Under the pieces are notes generated by a model, which was not told the DNA's origin, ran no database searches, and saw only the letters and a list, made by a program, of their open reading frames with translations. This document shows positions 25,697-36,165 of a DNA stretch of 64,000 nt, one piece after another; the stretch's first letter is position 1; every line of letters starts with the position of its first letter. Source of the DNA: a virus; IMG/VR virus record IMGVR_UViG_3300021468_000001, positions 10,683-74,682 of that record. The stretch is one strand, 5' to 3'. The position numbers and the translations under genes were made by a program.

Positions 25697-27361
25697 ATGT
25701 CGGATCTGGACCTGGTCTTGAACCTTGGCGAGAGCGTGGAGTTTGAGGAAGTTGAGGGCGGGGCGCTTGTTGTAAAAAGGGTCCCGGCTCTCATTGAGGG
25801 TACGCACAAAGGACACGAGTTTACACCAGATATTATCGAAGAAACAGCCAAAAATATGCAGGATGTTACCGATGTGCAGTTGTTCAAGTCTCACGAAGAA
25901 GCGGAACAGAACCTAGTTGGTGGGGCAGTCAATTTCACTTTCGGTGAAAGTAATGGCAAGAAGGCGGTGCTTGCTGATCTTGTGATTGGCGATACCGATA
26001 CCGCCACTCTCGTTAAAAACCTCAAGAATTCTGGACTGAAAAACCTGGCAATCTCTCCGAGAGTTGACGTTTCTGAAAACAAAATCCTCCATGTTGCCCT
26101 TGTTTTGGAGCCTGCACAGGGTGAAGATGTTAGGCTAAAGGCTGACAAGGAGCCCGATGAAGAAGATCCCGAAGAAAAACCGGATGAAGAGCCGAAACAG
26201 AAAGAGAAGAAAATAGAGGAGAAGAAAGACGGTTCGTGGCCTGCATACACCCCTTATAAAACGTGGTGGGAAAATGTCAAGGCTATAATCTCTAAGACGC
26301 AGAACCCGGAGGAGGCGATAAAGAAACTGAAAGAGCTTATCGAGAAAGCAGAAAAGGCTTGCCGGGGGAAAAACCAAGAGCGTCCATATCCGAACGTAAA
26401 AGCGGCGATGTCTTCGGGCGTTCAGGTTGTGGAAATGTTACCTTCGCCGTCAGTGAACTTTCAGCAGGCAACTGACAGTATCTATCGGGTCTTCCTTTTT
26501 GAAGAAGGTAAATATGTTTTTGGTGAAGACCGGTACCTCGTGGCGAACGCCAAAACATTCAAAGACTGGAAAGAAAGCCTTAGCTTGCTCAAGAAGGTTC
26601 CTGTTTTTCTTGGCCATCCGAAGAAGGGTGAGGAAAATGCTCCGGCCGTTGTTGGGTGGTTACTTGATGTCGATACAGAGGGCAAAAAGTGTTACGGGGT
26701 GATGGAAATTGTCGAAAAAGAAGTTGCCGATGCGATTGATAAAGGCAAGATTCTCGGAGTTTCAGTAGGGACAATGCCGCTGCGCCGAACCGAAGATGGT
26801 AACTTTATTTCGAATGCCCTCGACCATGTTGCCCTAACCGTTGATCCTGTTCTGAGGCAAACATTGGAGGAGGGATTTGAGAAGTTGGAACGCTATGTTG
26901 CTTCTGAGGAAGAGAAGGAGTATGTCGAGGGGTCGCTGGAAAGAATTGTTGATGAAGAAGAGGTAAGCCGTCTCAGAAGGGAAATCGAGGAGCAAAAACA
27001 GAAACTTAGCGAGGTAGTGAAGCGCCTTATGGCAACTGAAAATGAAAAGGCGAAGAGGGACCGAGAAGCAATAGATGAGCTTTTCAATAAGGCCATTGCT
27101 GAAGGAAGGATAACTCCGGCAGAAGTGACCTTGCGAAAGCCGGTTTACTACCAACTCCTTAACCTCAGGCGTCCCGTAAAAGTCGGGGATGAGGAAATCT
27201 CAGTTGTGGAGATGCTTCAAAGGGAGTTGGCGGTTCGCAAATCGGAATCGCTTGAGCCGGTCAACCAGTCGCAGGAAGCAAAGGCGTTCAATATCGAGAG
27301 CCTAATAGGGCTTCCACCGGATGAGTTCGTTTCGAAATTGAGGGATGTTTTCGGGGATTAA
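25697..27361 (+). CDS. Prohead protease/scaffold with two tandem Mu gpI-like protease domains
   Basis: Repeat 1 KSHE..LVG..ISP..ILHVALVLEPA; repeat 2 LGHP..VVGW..GVSVG..LDHVALTVDPV; coiled-coil AIAEGRITPAE scaffold tail. Confidence 0.82.
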   Translation: MSDLDLVLNLGESVEFEEVEGGALVVKRVPALIEGTHKGHEFTPDIIEETAKNMQDVTDVQLFKSHEEAEQNLVGGAVNFTFGESNGKKAVLADLVIGDTDTATLVKNLKNSGLKNLAISPRVDVSENKILHVALVLEPAQGEDVRLKADKEPDEEDPEEKPDEEPKQKEKKIEEKKDGSWPAYTPYKTWWENVKAIISKTQNPEEAIKKLKELIEKAEKACRGKNQERPYPNVKAAMSSGVQVVEMLPSPSVNFQQATDSIYRVFLFEEGKYVFGEDRYLVANAKTFKDWKESLSLLKKVPVFLGHPKKGEENAPAVVGWLLDVDTEGKKCYGVMEIVEKEVADAIDKGKILGVSVGTMPLRRTEDGNFISNALDHVALTVDPVLRQTLEEGFEKLERYVASEEEKEYVEGSLERIVDEEEVSRLRREIEEQKQKLSEVVKRLMATENEKAKRDREAIDELFNKAIAEGRITPAEVTLRKPVYYQLLNLRRPVKVGDEEISVVEMLQRELAVRKSESLEPVNQSQEAKAFNIESLIGLPPDEFVSKLRDVFGD

Positions 27362-27376
27362 AAAGGAGGAACCGAG

Positions 27377-28465
27377 ATGATTCAGGTTGCTAAGGATGCT
27401 TTTATCGTAAGACCGTTTGAGGACCTTCTGAGTGTAGCAAATTTCGGTGAGGAAGTTATGGCGCAGTTTGCAAACTACACCCAGGCTATGAAAAAGGCAG
27501 ACCTCACCGACAAGCTGATTCAGCCGCTCTTTTCGGCGCGGACTATTCAGGATCTTCAAACGACATCTGCGCTTCTTGACCTAGCGCGAAAGATGGTCAA
27601 GATTAGCTGGAAGGGGCAGGGAGACCCCCTTCAGGTTCCCTATATCGACTATCTGAGTGGATCCGGTGTTTCTGAGGGAACCTCAACTGAGGGTTCTGAG
27701 GAAAAACTTTCGGTGACAATGAAGTCGGTGGCTCTTGCCGAAAAGGCCCATTCAACGGCCTGGACGAGACATGCAGGGCGGCTGGCGCGATACTCTGTGC
27801 TGGAAGCGTCTCGTGAGGCGCTCAAAGATTGGGCAGTTCGAAAGATAGAGGCTGATATTCGTACCTCGCTTCAGACTTCGATCACTCAAATCATACGTCC
27901 GAATGATAAAGGTTCTGATGAGGCAATGACCGCTACCGATGTTCTGGACACCGAGACGATTCGTCAGGCGCGGTGGATTCTTTGGAAGAAGAGGGCGGCC
28001 AGTTTCTCGCCTAAGGACGTGGATACCGAGGGTAAGATGAAAAAGTCGATGGGGACGTACGTTCTCATTTGCCCGGGCGAGTTGCTTAAAGACCTCGAGG
28101 ATGATACCGATTTTAAGAATGCTCAGGAGAAAGCTGCCGACCTTGCGCGTGGATTCTCGCCGTGGGAAGGCGATATTTATCTCTATAAGGGCGTTCTTAT
28201 CGTGAAGGGCGATCCGAGAATCTGGACGACTGAGACCATTTCGGCCGGGTACTCGTACAAGATGGCTCGTGCCCTAATGCTCGGGTCCGACGCTTTTGTC
28301 TTAGGCCTTGGCCAGCCGGAAGGCGAAAACTTCCTGACCGTGACACCCGAGGAAAGCGATGGTGGCCGTTTGCAGCGGCTGGTTCTGTCCATCATATACG
28401 GAGTCGGGGTTATCCGGGCGACTTCGGGTGTTTGGATTCATGCGGCGACGCAAGACCTAATCTAA
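27377..28465 (+). CDS. Major capsid protein (HK97 fold, N4-gp56-like)
   Basis: 362 aa after protease; strong RBS; G-D-x-x-x-VP, YVLI, DLEDD..F, G-x-x-Y-KGV, ALMLGSDA; terminator follows. Confidence 0.88.
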   Translation: MIQVAKDAFIVRPFEDLLSVANFGEEVMAQFANYTQAMKKADLTDKLIQPLFSARTIQDLQTTSALLDLARKMVKISWKGQGDPLQVPYIDYLSGSGVSEGTSTEGSEEKLSVTMKSVALAEKAHSTAWTRHAGRLARYSVLEASREALKDWAVRKIEADIRTSLQTSITQIIRPNDKGSDEAMTATDVLDTETIRQARWILWKKRAASFSPKDVDTEGKMKKSMGTYVLICPGELLKDLEDDTDFKNAQEKAADLARGFSPWEGDIYLYKGVLIVKGDPRIWTTETISAGYSYKMARALMLGSDAFVLGLGQPEGENFLTVTPEESDGGRLQRLVLSIIYGVGVIRATSGVWIHAATQDLI

Positions 28466-28486
28466 CCGGTTAGGTCGGCCCAGAGA

Positions 28487-28523
28487 GCGAGGAGGGGAGG
28501 ATTTCCTCCCCTTCTCTTTTTTT
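28487..28523 (+). terminator. Rho-independent terminator after capsid gene
   Basis: GAGGGGAGG/CCTCCCCTT stem plus T-run. Confidence 0.85.
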
Positions 28524-28526
28524 CGC

Positions 28527-28555
28527 TTGACGGCGAAGTCCCAATCTGCTATCTT
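28527..28555 (+). promoter_or_regulatory. sigma70-type promoter
   Basis: TTGACG-17nt-TATCTT with extended -10 TG. Confidence 0.75.
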
Positions 28556-28561
28556 CAAGTC

Positions 28562-31432
28562 ATGGACTTTGTGGAGGTTCTAGTCTTGGAGCTTTTCGTC
28601 GTAGAAAATATAAGCCCGGTTGCTCACACCTTGAAAGACTTTCAAGGGAAGCGAAAAACGATTGGATTCTCTCAGAAAGCTATAGTTTCGGCTGAAGTAG
28701 CATCTCTTTTAAGGCGGACTGGTCAGTTCAAGATTCATGGAGTAGATTGGGATAAGATTGTTTCGGTTCTTGAGAAAGACATATCAGAGCCGACAGCAAT
28801 CCAAAAACTCCAGAAATTTCGCCCGCCAACCGCTGGAAGTTTTGTCTTTGCAGTATTTCCAGAGGAAGAAGATATATCAATCCAAAGGTGGTTCTTTTCA
28901 CAACTCGTTCGTCTATCGAGGGGCAATGATTCGCTTTGTGTTTACGCAAGAGACCTGCCAAAATTTGCCAGATTTTACTTTGGAACTCACAATATCGGGT
29001 GGATTTTTACTGAGAGTTTCTTTGGCAAGGTCGATGTGGTCATTGGGTTTTCTCAAAGCAATATAAGGAAATATTGTAGCAAATTTGGCGCGAGGGGGCT
29101 TCAAATATCGCCATCCCTGCTTCCAGATTGGGAAACTTCCGACCAGTTTCTTAATTCTCGAAGTAGCGGTAATAAAAACACGTTCCTTCTTTTGAGCAAG
29201 GATGTCCCGCCAAAATGGGTACAGGGATTTTCGGATTCTTTGAGAATCGAACACGTGAAGCCGGATGATGCCGAATGGATTTTTGATGCTGAAAGGGCAA
29301 GGCTTCTGTCTAGGGCTTTAATCTTTTTGAATCTTGAGAAGACGACCCTGCCATTCTATGAAAGAGAGGCAAAGCTGTGCGGGGCCTATGTTGTTTCAGA
29401 TGCAAATCTGTTTTCGGATATTGGTCCCGATGTGGCGCGCAATGAAAAGCCGCACGACTTGGTTGAGAAAGCGAGAACTATCCGCCCAGCTAGGCCGATC
29501 TCTCTCTCTTCGATTACCACACTCGACTTGCTTCCAAAACGATCTACCCCTTCTCGAACCAAGGAGTATGACGTTCTAATTGTTCATTCGCCTTCATTGT
29601 CTGGGCGTTCCGGGGCAGATAAAGCAACTATTGCGCTGAAAAAGCACTTGAGTAAAGAATGGAATGTAGGGCTGATGATTGCATCAACAGGGGAAAAATC
29701 CGGCCCGCTTGCCGAGATAGCAGATTTTTGGGCACCGCTTTCTAAAATCGTATCCGATCATAATAAGTTTCCAGTGGCAAGTCTGTACATTGTGTCAGAT
29801 TCTCTTATTCCTGCTGTCTCGGAAGTAGTGCCGAAATCGTCTATTCTTGGATATTTGCATTACTTGGGCGACCTGGCTGACGACAAAAACCGCGCCATCG
29901 AAACGCTTAAGGCAGGCTTCCTTCAAGGGGTGAAGATTCTTTCTCCATCCCGCTGTCTTGCTGAGAAGCTAAGAGAGATGTACTCGCTTGATGTTGAACA
30001 CTGCGTGCCGAAGTATGACTTCCCGCAAAAAAAGTCGCCTCCGCCTTCGGGAAAGAATAGAGATATGGTTTTTGTCCCGGTTCTTTATAACTCGGCGAAA
30101 GATCTTCAATTCTTACACGAGATTGCAGAGTTGGTTCCTGAGGCTAACTTTGTTGTCGGAGATTGTCGGGCTCCGAAGTCGGCTATCAAGGCAAGAAATG
30201 TGAAGGTCCAATATTTTGAAAACGTACAAAATGCCTTTTCAAGGGCAAAGATAGTTCTTGTATTTAGTACAATTTCTACAACCCTTTCTATTTCTGCATG
30301 GGAGGCTTTAGCGGCCGGGATCCCGGTAATCGCCGAGGATAAAGTCCCATTTAAGGATCTCTTCGACCGATTTCGGCTTCCGAGAAACCCGGATATATGG
30401 GCGTCAGTAATTCGGAAGAATCTTAATCTCGAAAGTTATGCGTGGGGTGGAACGCGAAGGGCATGTAGAAGTGATTTCATGTCTTATATGGAAAAGGCAG
30501 ACCGCTGGGACATATTGGTTTCTGAGGCAATTTCAAGGCGGGAAGTCGGCTTCAGTGTTCGTCCGTCGCCTTATGCTGGCGTTCAGAATGCGCTGGAGTG
30601 CATGAAACATGTTATTGTAAATGAGAACTCTGACATCGTAGTCGCATCTGTTTTGGACCATGATGCCCCTCATGGGTGTATAGGGTTTATAGCGTCATCC
30701 CTATCGCAACTCGCACTAGATGGACAGAATGACTTGATTGGCGAGTGTGCATCTTCATTGTCGCGCGGGAGGTTTTCTGCAATCATCACATTCGATACTG
30801 CAATTGCACGTCTTTTGAATATGATCGTCGGAGATGAATTTGCGTTTGCACTGCCCGTTCCAATCAAGCCGATTAGAGGAATTGCGCGCCTTAAACCGCT
30901 AAAAACATCCATTCTTTTCAGGTCAAACGCACCAAGAAAAGATTTCTTTTTCAACTTGCTTTTGGCGGCTGAGGCGGGGGTCCAGGCCGTTGAGGTTTCA
31001 GATTCAGTTCCGCCGGAAGCATCTGCGATTGCCCAACGAATGGGGGTCATCCTTCGATTTCACCCGCTTTACTCGGGTGATGCCTATAGGAGTTTTTTGT
31101 CAGAAGTCAAGGTTGGCTTGCAGGTCACGCTATCGGAGTCTTTCAATTATACTGCCTTCGATCATTTTCAGGTAGGTACGCCTTGTCTTGTCTCCGAGCA
31201 GACAAGATGTATTTTCGACTTGCCCAAAAGATGGAGATGGCTGATAATCAACCAAAGAGATCTTTTAGGCGCAGTTGATGTTTTCAGGGATGCAGCTAAA
31301 ATGACAGAAAGGGATAGACTTTCTCTTGCAAAGGATGCTCGGAAGGTGGCTGATGCGCTAAATATACGATTTAAGGCTGCTTTTTCTAGAGTGATGAGGT
31401 TGGTTCAGCGTAGAGCAAAAATATTAGCGTGA
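28562..31432 (+). CDS. Large multidomain GT-B glycosyltransferase (about 3 GT modules)
   Basis: EREAKLCGAYVVSD; SGADKA..LSISAWEALAAGIPVI; RKDF..SESFNYTAFDHFQVGTPCLVS. Confidence 0.78.
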   Translation: MDFVEVLVLELFVVENISPVAHTLKDFQGKRKTIGFSQKAIVSAEVASLLRRTGQFKIHGVDWDKIVSVLEKDISEPTAIQKLQKFRPPTAGSFVFAVFPEEEDISIQRWFFSQLVRLSRGNDSLCVYARDLPKFARFYFGTHNIGWIFTESFFGKVDVVIGFSQSNIRKYCSKFGARGLQISPSLLPDWETSDQFLNSRSSGNKNTFLLLSKDVPPKWVQGFSDSLRIEHVKPDDAEWIFDAERARLLSRALIFLNLEKTTLPFYEREAKLCGAYVVSDANLFSDIGPDVARNEKPHDLVEKARTIRPARPISLSSITTLDLLPKRSTPSRTKEYDVLIVHSPSLSGRSGADKATIALKKHLSKEWNVGLMIASTGEKSGPLAEIADFWAPLSKIVSDHNKFPVASLYIVSDSLIPAVSEVVPKSSILGYLHYLGDLADDKNRAIETLKAGFLQGVKILSPSRCLAEKLREMYSLDVEHCVPKYDFPQKKSPPPSGKNRDMVFVPVLYNSAKDLQFLHEIAELVPEANFVVGDCRAPKSAIKARNVKVQYFENVQNAFSRAKIVLVFSTISTTLSISAWEALAAGIPVIAEDKVPFKDLFDRFRLPRNPDIWASVIRKNLNLESYAWGGTRRACRSDFMSYMEKADRWDILVSEAISRREVGFSVRPSPYAGVQNALECMKHVIVNENSDIVVASVLDHDAPHGCIGFIASSLSQLALDGQNDLIGECASSLSRGRFSAIITFDTAIARLLNMIVGDEFAFALPVPIKPIRGIARLKPLKTSILFRSNAPRKDFFFNLLLAAEAGVQAVEVSDSVPPEASAIAQRMGVILRFHPLYSGDAYRSFLSEVKVGLQVTLSESFNYTAFDHFQVGTPCLVSEQTRCIFDLPKRWRWLIINQRDLLGAVDVFRDAAKMTERDRLSLAKDARKVADALNIRFKAAFSRVMRLVQRRAKILA

Positions 31433-31441
31433 AGGAGAAAT

Positions 31442-32869
31442 GTGATGGAATATGGGCTTGCTCTCAAGGATTTCAAAAAGCTTTTTAAGCGACTAGGTCT
31501 TCTTCATAGGATTTATAAGGACATAGAGACGCTTCGAGATAAGATAAGGGACTACTCTTTCTCGATTGAAGAGTTTGGAGACGTAGATAGCCAGCTGTCT
31601 TCATGGTCGCTATCCGGCGTAGAGTTCGAAACCAATACGGATGTAGATGGGCTAATTTATGTCTCGCTTGATTATAATGGGGTAGACACATATACTGTAT
31701 CTCTTTTCAAGGATTCTGGAAGAACAGAAAAAGTAGCTGAGGGGACAACCGGATCTTCAACTGGGACGGTTTCGCTATCTGAACAAAATGACTCGGGTCT
31801 TTCGGGTTTAGTTAATCTTGATTATTCCAATGATTCGACTGATATTTATCTCAAAATCATTCCCGATTTTCGGTTGGTACTTAAGTGGTTATCTCCAGAG
31901 GAAGGCGAGGAATGGCAAGAAGCTTACCAGCGTTTTGTGTTTGATCTTTTAGATAAACTGAAGGCCCAAATGGAATCAGCGTTGTCGAAAGTTGAAAGCT
32001 CTTTTGACAAATTCCTTACTGATGCTTGGGCAAAATTGGTCGGCTCCACCGAGTCTACGATAACGTCTCAAGATGTTGATACTGATGCAAGCGGTGACAC
32101 AACTATTTCTTACGAGGGGCTTGCAGGCGATTTCGCAGACTCGATGGATGATGTTGGCGTTTCAGTTACGGAAGCGGGTTTTTCGGTTAGTAGTGAGTTT
32201 GATGATGACAACACTGGCGAGGGTGAGATTGATGCAACTCTTGACCCCCTTGCTCATTGCCGCCTTGCTGAAGCAACGCTTGAATGTACAGATGAAACGA
32301 TCGGATCTGAAACGTTCGAGGTTAAAGGACGCCTTCCAGATGACACAATTGTTTATCCTGAGAGCGACCTGGTTGTGAAGAAGCACTGGAAGTCACCGGC
32401 GCTTGGGTTGAATATGCGCATCCTTAGGGCGATTACGGACACAATAGATGATGTTTATGTGGATGTGTCACAATGGAGTTTTAGCGGAGAAACATCGGCT
32501 AATACAGACGGCGGGATCCTCCATGCAAAGTTTACAACCTCGGACTCTAAGTTTCATTTTTACTCTTCCGCGGCAAAGCAAAGTACGGATGAGGTTGCCG
32601 AAAGTGAGGAAATAACTGGAAGTGGAACTTTTGATATTGAAGAAGTTAATAATTCGGGACTTACTGGAACGGTTGTTGTGCTTTCGGTGCCGCCAAGCGA
32701 TATTAACTTTCAGGTCGACCTCCATGTTTTCAAGGAAGGAGACAAGATCCGGCTTTCCTTTACATCAACATTGAGTGAGTATAACAGGCTTTTTGGATGG
32801 GCAATGAGCACTCCGCTGCCAGATTCAGATAGTCCCAACATACCTGAATCGTATGCGACACGTGGATAG
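31442..32869 (+). CDS. Acidic virion structural protein with an internally duplicated beta domain
   Basis: SSWSLSG..NTDVDG..EQNDSGLSG repeated as SQWSFSG..NTDGG..EVNNSGLTG. Confidence 0.65.
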   Translation: MMEYGLALKDFKKLFKRLGLLHRIYKDIETLRDKIRDYSFSIEEFGDVDSQLSSWSLSGVEFETNTDVDGLIYVSLDYNGVDTYTVSLFKDSGRTEKVAEGTTGSSTGTVSLSEQNDSGLSGLVNLDYSNDSTDIYLKIIPDFRLVLKWLSPEEGEEWQEAYQRFVFDLLDKLKAQMESALSKVESSFDKFLTDAWAKLVGSTESTITSQDVDTDASGDTTISYEGLAGDFADSMDDVGVSVTEAGFSVSSEFDDDNTGEGEIDATLDPLAHCRLAEATLECTDETIGSETFEVKGRLPDDTIVYPESDLVVKKHWKSPALGLNMRILRAITDTIDDVYVDVSQWSFSGETSANTDGGILHAKFTTSDSKFHFYSSAAKQSTDEVAESEEITGSGTFDIEEVNNSGLTGTVVVLSVPPSDINFQVDLHVFKEGDKIRLSFTSTLSEYNRLFGWAMSTPLPDSDSPNIPESYATRG

Positions 32870-32878
32870 AGGAGAAGA

Positions 32879-33559
32879 TTGATGGCCCTTCCTTTCGGTT
32901 CTGTTGATGGCGTGAAAGCAGTTTTGCGCAGTTCTCCTCCGACTGGAGGAGGAGAGTCCTTTATCCGAGTGCCGGAGGATATTGCGGAGTCGAGAGTCGA
33001 ACACCTGCTTAATGTTACTGCTGAAGAGATAATCTCAAAGATCGGGTTTCAGCCAGTGGCGAACTATATCTTAAAAGAGATTAACAACAAGCTAGCAGCC
33101 TGGCATGTCTATATGGAGGTTTGGTCATCCGCAGGGCAGTTTGAACGCGGAATTCCTGAACAAGTTAGTGCTTGGCGTTTGTGGGCTTTTGAGAAGCTTG
33201 AGGATCCCGATTTTGTTTCTTCTCTTGAACCGGAGACATCAACAGAGGTGGTTTCGCCGGAGGAGATTTGTGAGGATTTCGTAAGGATTCAAGACGAGTC
33301 AATCATTTTTTACTCTGACCATGACTCTTTCCTGGGAACAGTTCCGATTATAGAGGGATCAGAAGAGGTTAGAACGGCAAAGCGTGGTGGAGGAACTGTT
33401 TTCAAAAGAGGAACCGATTATCATATCTGGTATGCGGATGGACGTATGCGGGTTATAAGCGGCGGTTCGATAACGATAGGACAGCAGTTGTATGTAACGT
33501 ATCATGCAGTTCGTAGGCGTGAGTTTCTTGATAAGATTTCATCGGAACTCGACAATTGA
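32879..33559 (+). CDS. Head-tail adaptor (Mu gp36-like) with C-terminal beta extension
   Basis: Position; LKEINNKLAAWHVY; GTDY..Y..G..I..G..YVTY domain. Confidence 0.62.
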   Translation: MMALPFGSVDGVKAVLRSSPPTGGGESFIRVPEDIAESRVEHLLNVTAEEIISKIGFQPVANYILKEINNKLAAWHVYMEVWSSAGQFERGIPEQVSAWRLWAFEKLEDPDFVSSLEPETSTEVVSPEEICEDFVRIQDESIIFYSDHDSFLGTVPIIEGSEEVRTAKRGGGTVFKRGTDYHIWYADGRMRVISGGSITIGQQLYVTYHAVRRREFLDKISSELDN

Positions 33560-34764
33560 AAGCATTTCAACAAGCAATAGCTTGGGTAATTAGCGATGCG
33601 GCAAATCTCATAACGCGGCAATGCGCTATGGTGTTGCAAAAGGCGTCGTTACTTGCAGCGGATGAGATGAAAAGGATGAGAACAAGACAGAGAAGGTTAA
33701 AGCCGGTATCGTTTAGCGTTTTGGCGGGGACTATCGGGCTTGGATATCTTATTAGGAAGCTAGACGCAGAAACGCGAGAAACTTTGATGGGCGCGCTTCC
33801 GAGTTTCTATGCTACTGTTTTTTCGATTATGGCGAAGAGATCCTGGCAGAACATTTACGAGTCGTTCATGATCGGCGGCCCTAGGGCGAACGATCTCGAA
33901 CCGCATGGTCCGTGGCCAAAACTTTCGAAAAAAACCACGGACAGAAAAGGACATGACCGCTTCGGAGTTGACGATGGTCAAATGCTTAAGCGGATAAGAA
34001 GGTGGGCTAGGATAGCAGAGAGGCGGGGTCAGGCGTTCAGGCGGCTTGCCGGGGTTATCGAGCAGGCCGTTTCTGGCGCCCCTTCCCGTGATTTTGCAAT
34101 CGCCAATCTTGAAAGTGCAGTAGACATGGTTCGGTCTAAAGGCGGATGGAGTGTCCGCCGGCTAAATGCGTTGATTGCGCAGCTTGATAAGCCAGTGCCA
34201 CGAGTAGGGCGTTCTGGTGGGGTTCCGCCCAGACTCCATGCAAAAATGGGACCGTTAAGCCTGATTGGCGTTATCCCTCGTTCTCAAATGGGGAAGGGTC
34301 GTTGGTTACTTTCAATTTCTGTGGTCCATCGCTTGAAGGCTGAAAGAAAATGGGAGCAGAAACTTGTGTGGTTCCATAGTGGAAGAAGGGCATCTGAAAG
34401 GAGTGGGCCGCAGCCGCCAAGACCGTTCACCATTTTTACAACCAGGGATTATGAGGAGTCAACTGACCTGGCCGCAAAGGTGTTTCTCTCGGTTATTGCA
34501 CCGAAAGTGCGAGAATCTGTTAGTAGAACAAAAATGGGCTTCAATCGTTTCATGCAGAGATTGTATGTTAAATTAACGCAGCAGGGGTTTCGCGTCGAGC
34601 GTCAGATTTCGCTTGCCGAGAAACGGATATTGGCGATTGCAGAGCGAATGCGCAAAGTTGGGAAAGGTCCGCCGGGACGGCCGGGGGCATTCGAGGCTGG
34701 TGCGAAGGAAATTTTGAAAGCGGCTTACTCCTTTCAAGCGGCTGTAGCACAATCGGAGGCGTGA
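33556..34764 (+). CDS. Neck/virion morphogenesis protein (Mu gpG-like), enlarged
   Basis: PWPKLS..T..RKG..DDGQML and PPRPF motifs. Confidence 0.62.
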   Translation: MKAFQQAIAWVISDAANLITRQCAMVLQKASLLAADEMKRMRTRQRRLKPVSFSVLAGTIGLGYLIRKLDAETRETLMGALPSFYATVFSIMAKRSWQNIYESFMIGGPRANDLEPHGPWPKLSKKTTDRKGHDRFGVDDGQMLKRIRRWARIAERRGQAFRRLAGVIEQAVSGAPSRDFAIANLESAVDMVRSKGGWSVRRLNALIAQLDKPVPRVGRSGGVPPRLHAKMGPLSLIGVIPRSQMGKGRWLLSISVVHRLKAERKWEQKLVWFHSGRRASERSGPQPPRPFTIFTTRDYEESTDLAAKVFLSVIAPKVRESVSRTKMGFNRFMQRLYVKLTQQGFRVERQISLAEKRILAIAERMRKVGKGPPGRPGAFEAGAKEILKAAYSFQAAVAQSEA

Positions 34765-34765
34765 A

Positions 34766-35209
34766 ATGGCGCTTTCTTCCAAAATTCAGGAAGTTAGGGA
34801 CGCCCTAAAAACTCTATTGCAGGGCATTTCTGGAGATATAGGAAGTCCGCATTTTGTAGATACTGAACCTTCAGAGAAGGGATGGAACCTTCTCCCTGTT
34901 GTCTTTATCGCTGCTGCTAGCGCACAACTGGGAAGGCTGACAAATGCTACTGTGATTTACAGCCTTGATTTTGTCATCAACTACTTTTACTCTGAAGTTC
35001 CTCCTGGTGATAGGCGGCACCAAGCATGGGATGCGGCTGCTACAATCGCGGAGAAGATTCAAAGCGATCCGTCTCTTGGTGGTCTTGTGGTAGGAATTGA
35101 TGGAGATATTGGAATTAGGGATTCGGCAGTTGAGTTTGGGATTCAAGAAAGATTCTTGACCGGAATTCAATTAACAGTAACTTATGTATTGACTCCTTTC
35201 GAAAAATGA
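34766..35209 (+). CDS. Tail terminator protein
   Basis: 147 aa before tail tube; DPSLGGLV motif. Confidence 0.65.
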   Translation: MALSSKIQEVRDALKTLLQGISGDIGSPHFVDTEPSEKGWNLLPVVFIAAASAQLGRLTNATVIYSLDFVINYFYSEVPPGDRRHQAWDAAATIAEKIQSDPSLGGLVVGIDGDIGIRDSAVEFGIQERFLTGIQLTVTYVLTPFEK

Positions 35210-35221
35210 GGAGATAGAAGA

Positions 35222-36139
35222 ATGGCGGAAGATTGGAAAAAGGTCTGCGGAATAGCGTTCGAAACCGGGGGGTGGCCCCCGGCCTCTTCTACTGACCCGA
35301 CTGTTTGGTTTCCTGGCATGACGGAAGCCGATTTTCAACAGGAACCTGCTATTGTTGATGTTCCCGATACTCGCGGGGATCGCGCAGAATATCTACAGCC
35401 ACTTGGAGGCTTTACGACAACGGGGAGCGTCCGTGACGCCTATATAACGATGGGGATCGCAAGGCTTTTGCTTCCTCATGTTTTTGCTAAGTTAAGTGAT
35501 ACCGCGTATTATGAACGCTTCGATGGAGCTCCTGGTGATGCTGGTAGCGCTGCTTATCCGCTTTCTGTTACATTCGAAAAGGGTGGTATTTGGCGGGCTG
35601 GAATCGGATGTTTCGTCAAGAGCCTGGAAATGCTATATAGTTCTAATGTCTTGACTGCAAATATTGACCTTTCTGGGTATTCTGTTGTCACTCCATCTCC
35701 CACTCCGACTCCTTCATTTAATAATCCAATAAAGCTTTTTCCGCTTCACAACTTGAAGGTTATACTCGACTCTTCCGAAGTTCACGTGACAGATGTAACT
35801 TTCCGGGCGGAAACCGGTGTTCCCGATACAGATCTTCGGTCTGGCTCACAGTATCCAGCTGCACTAACGCAAGGGAAGCTTGCAGTCTCAGTTGAATTTT
35901 CCGTGGAAGCATCGGGCACGATTTGGGATAATATAAAGAGCGGGCACGAATACAATGTCGTTCTTGAGATGAAAAATCAAGACTCGACTGAGAAGATTGT
36001 GATCGAACTCCCGCAACTTCGCGTCAATCCGTCACGTCACGATGATTCTGAAGACAGAAATCTACTCTTTACAAAACTTGCCTGTAATGCTCTTGTTGAT
36101 ACTACGCTTGGTTATGAAACACGCGTTTATCTTGCGTAA
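35222..36139 (+). CDS. Major tail tube protein
   Basis: 305 aa; GIAFET..W, SVTFEKG, GCFVKSL; no sheath gene, so non-contractile. Confidence 0.75.
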   Translation: MAEDWKKVCGIAFETGGWPPASSTDPTVWFPGMTEADFQQEPAIVDVPDTRGDRAEYLQPLGGFTTTGSVRDAYITMGIARLLLPHVFAKLSDTAYYERFDGAPGDAGSAAYPLSVTFEKGGIWRAGIGCFVKSLEMLYSSNVLTANIDLSGYSVVTPSPTPTPSFNNPIKLFPLHNLKVILDSSEVHVTDVTFRAETGVPDTDLRSGSQYPAALTQGKLAVSVEFSVEASGTIWDNIKSGHEYNVVLEMKNQDSTEKIVIELPQLRVNPSRHDDSEDRNLLFTKLACNALVDTTLGYETRVYLA

Positions 36140-36165
36140 GTTGCGATTGAACTACTGATTTTCGT

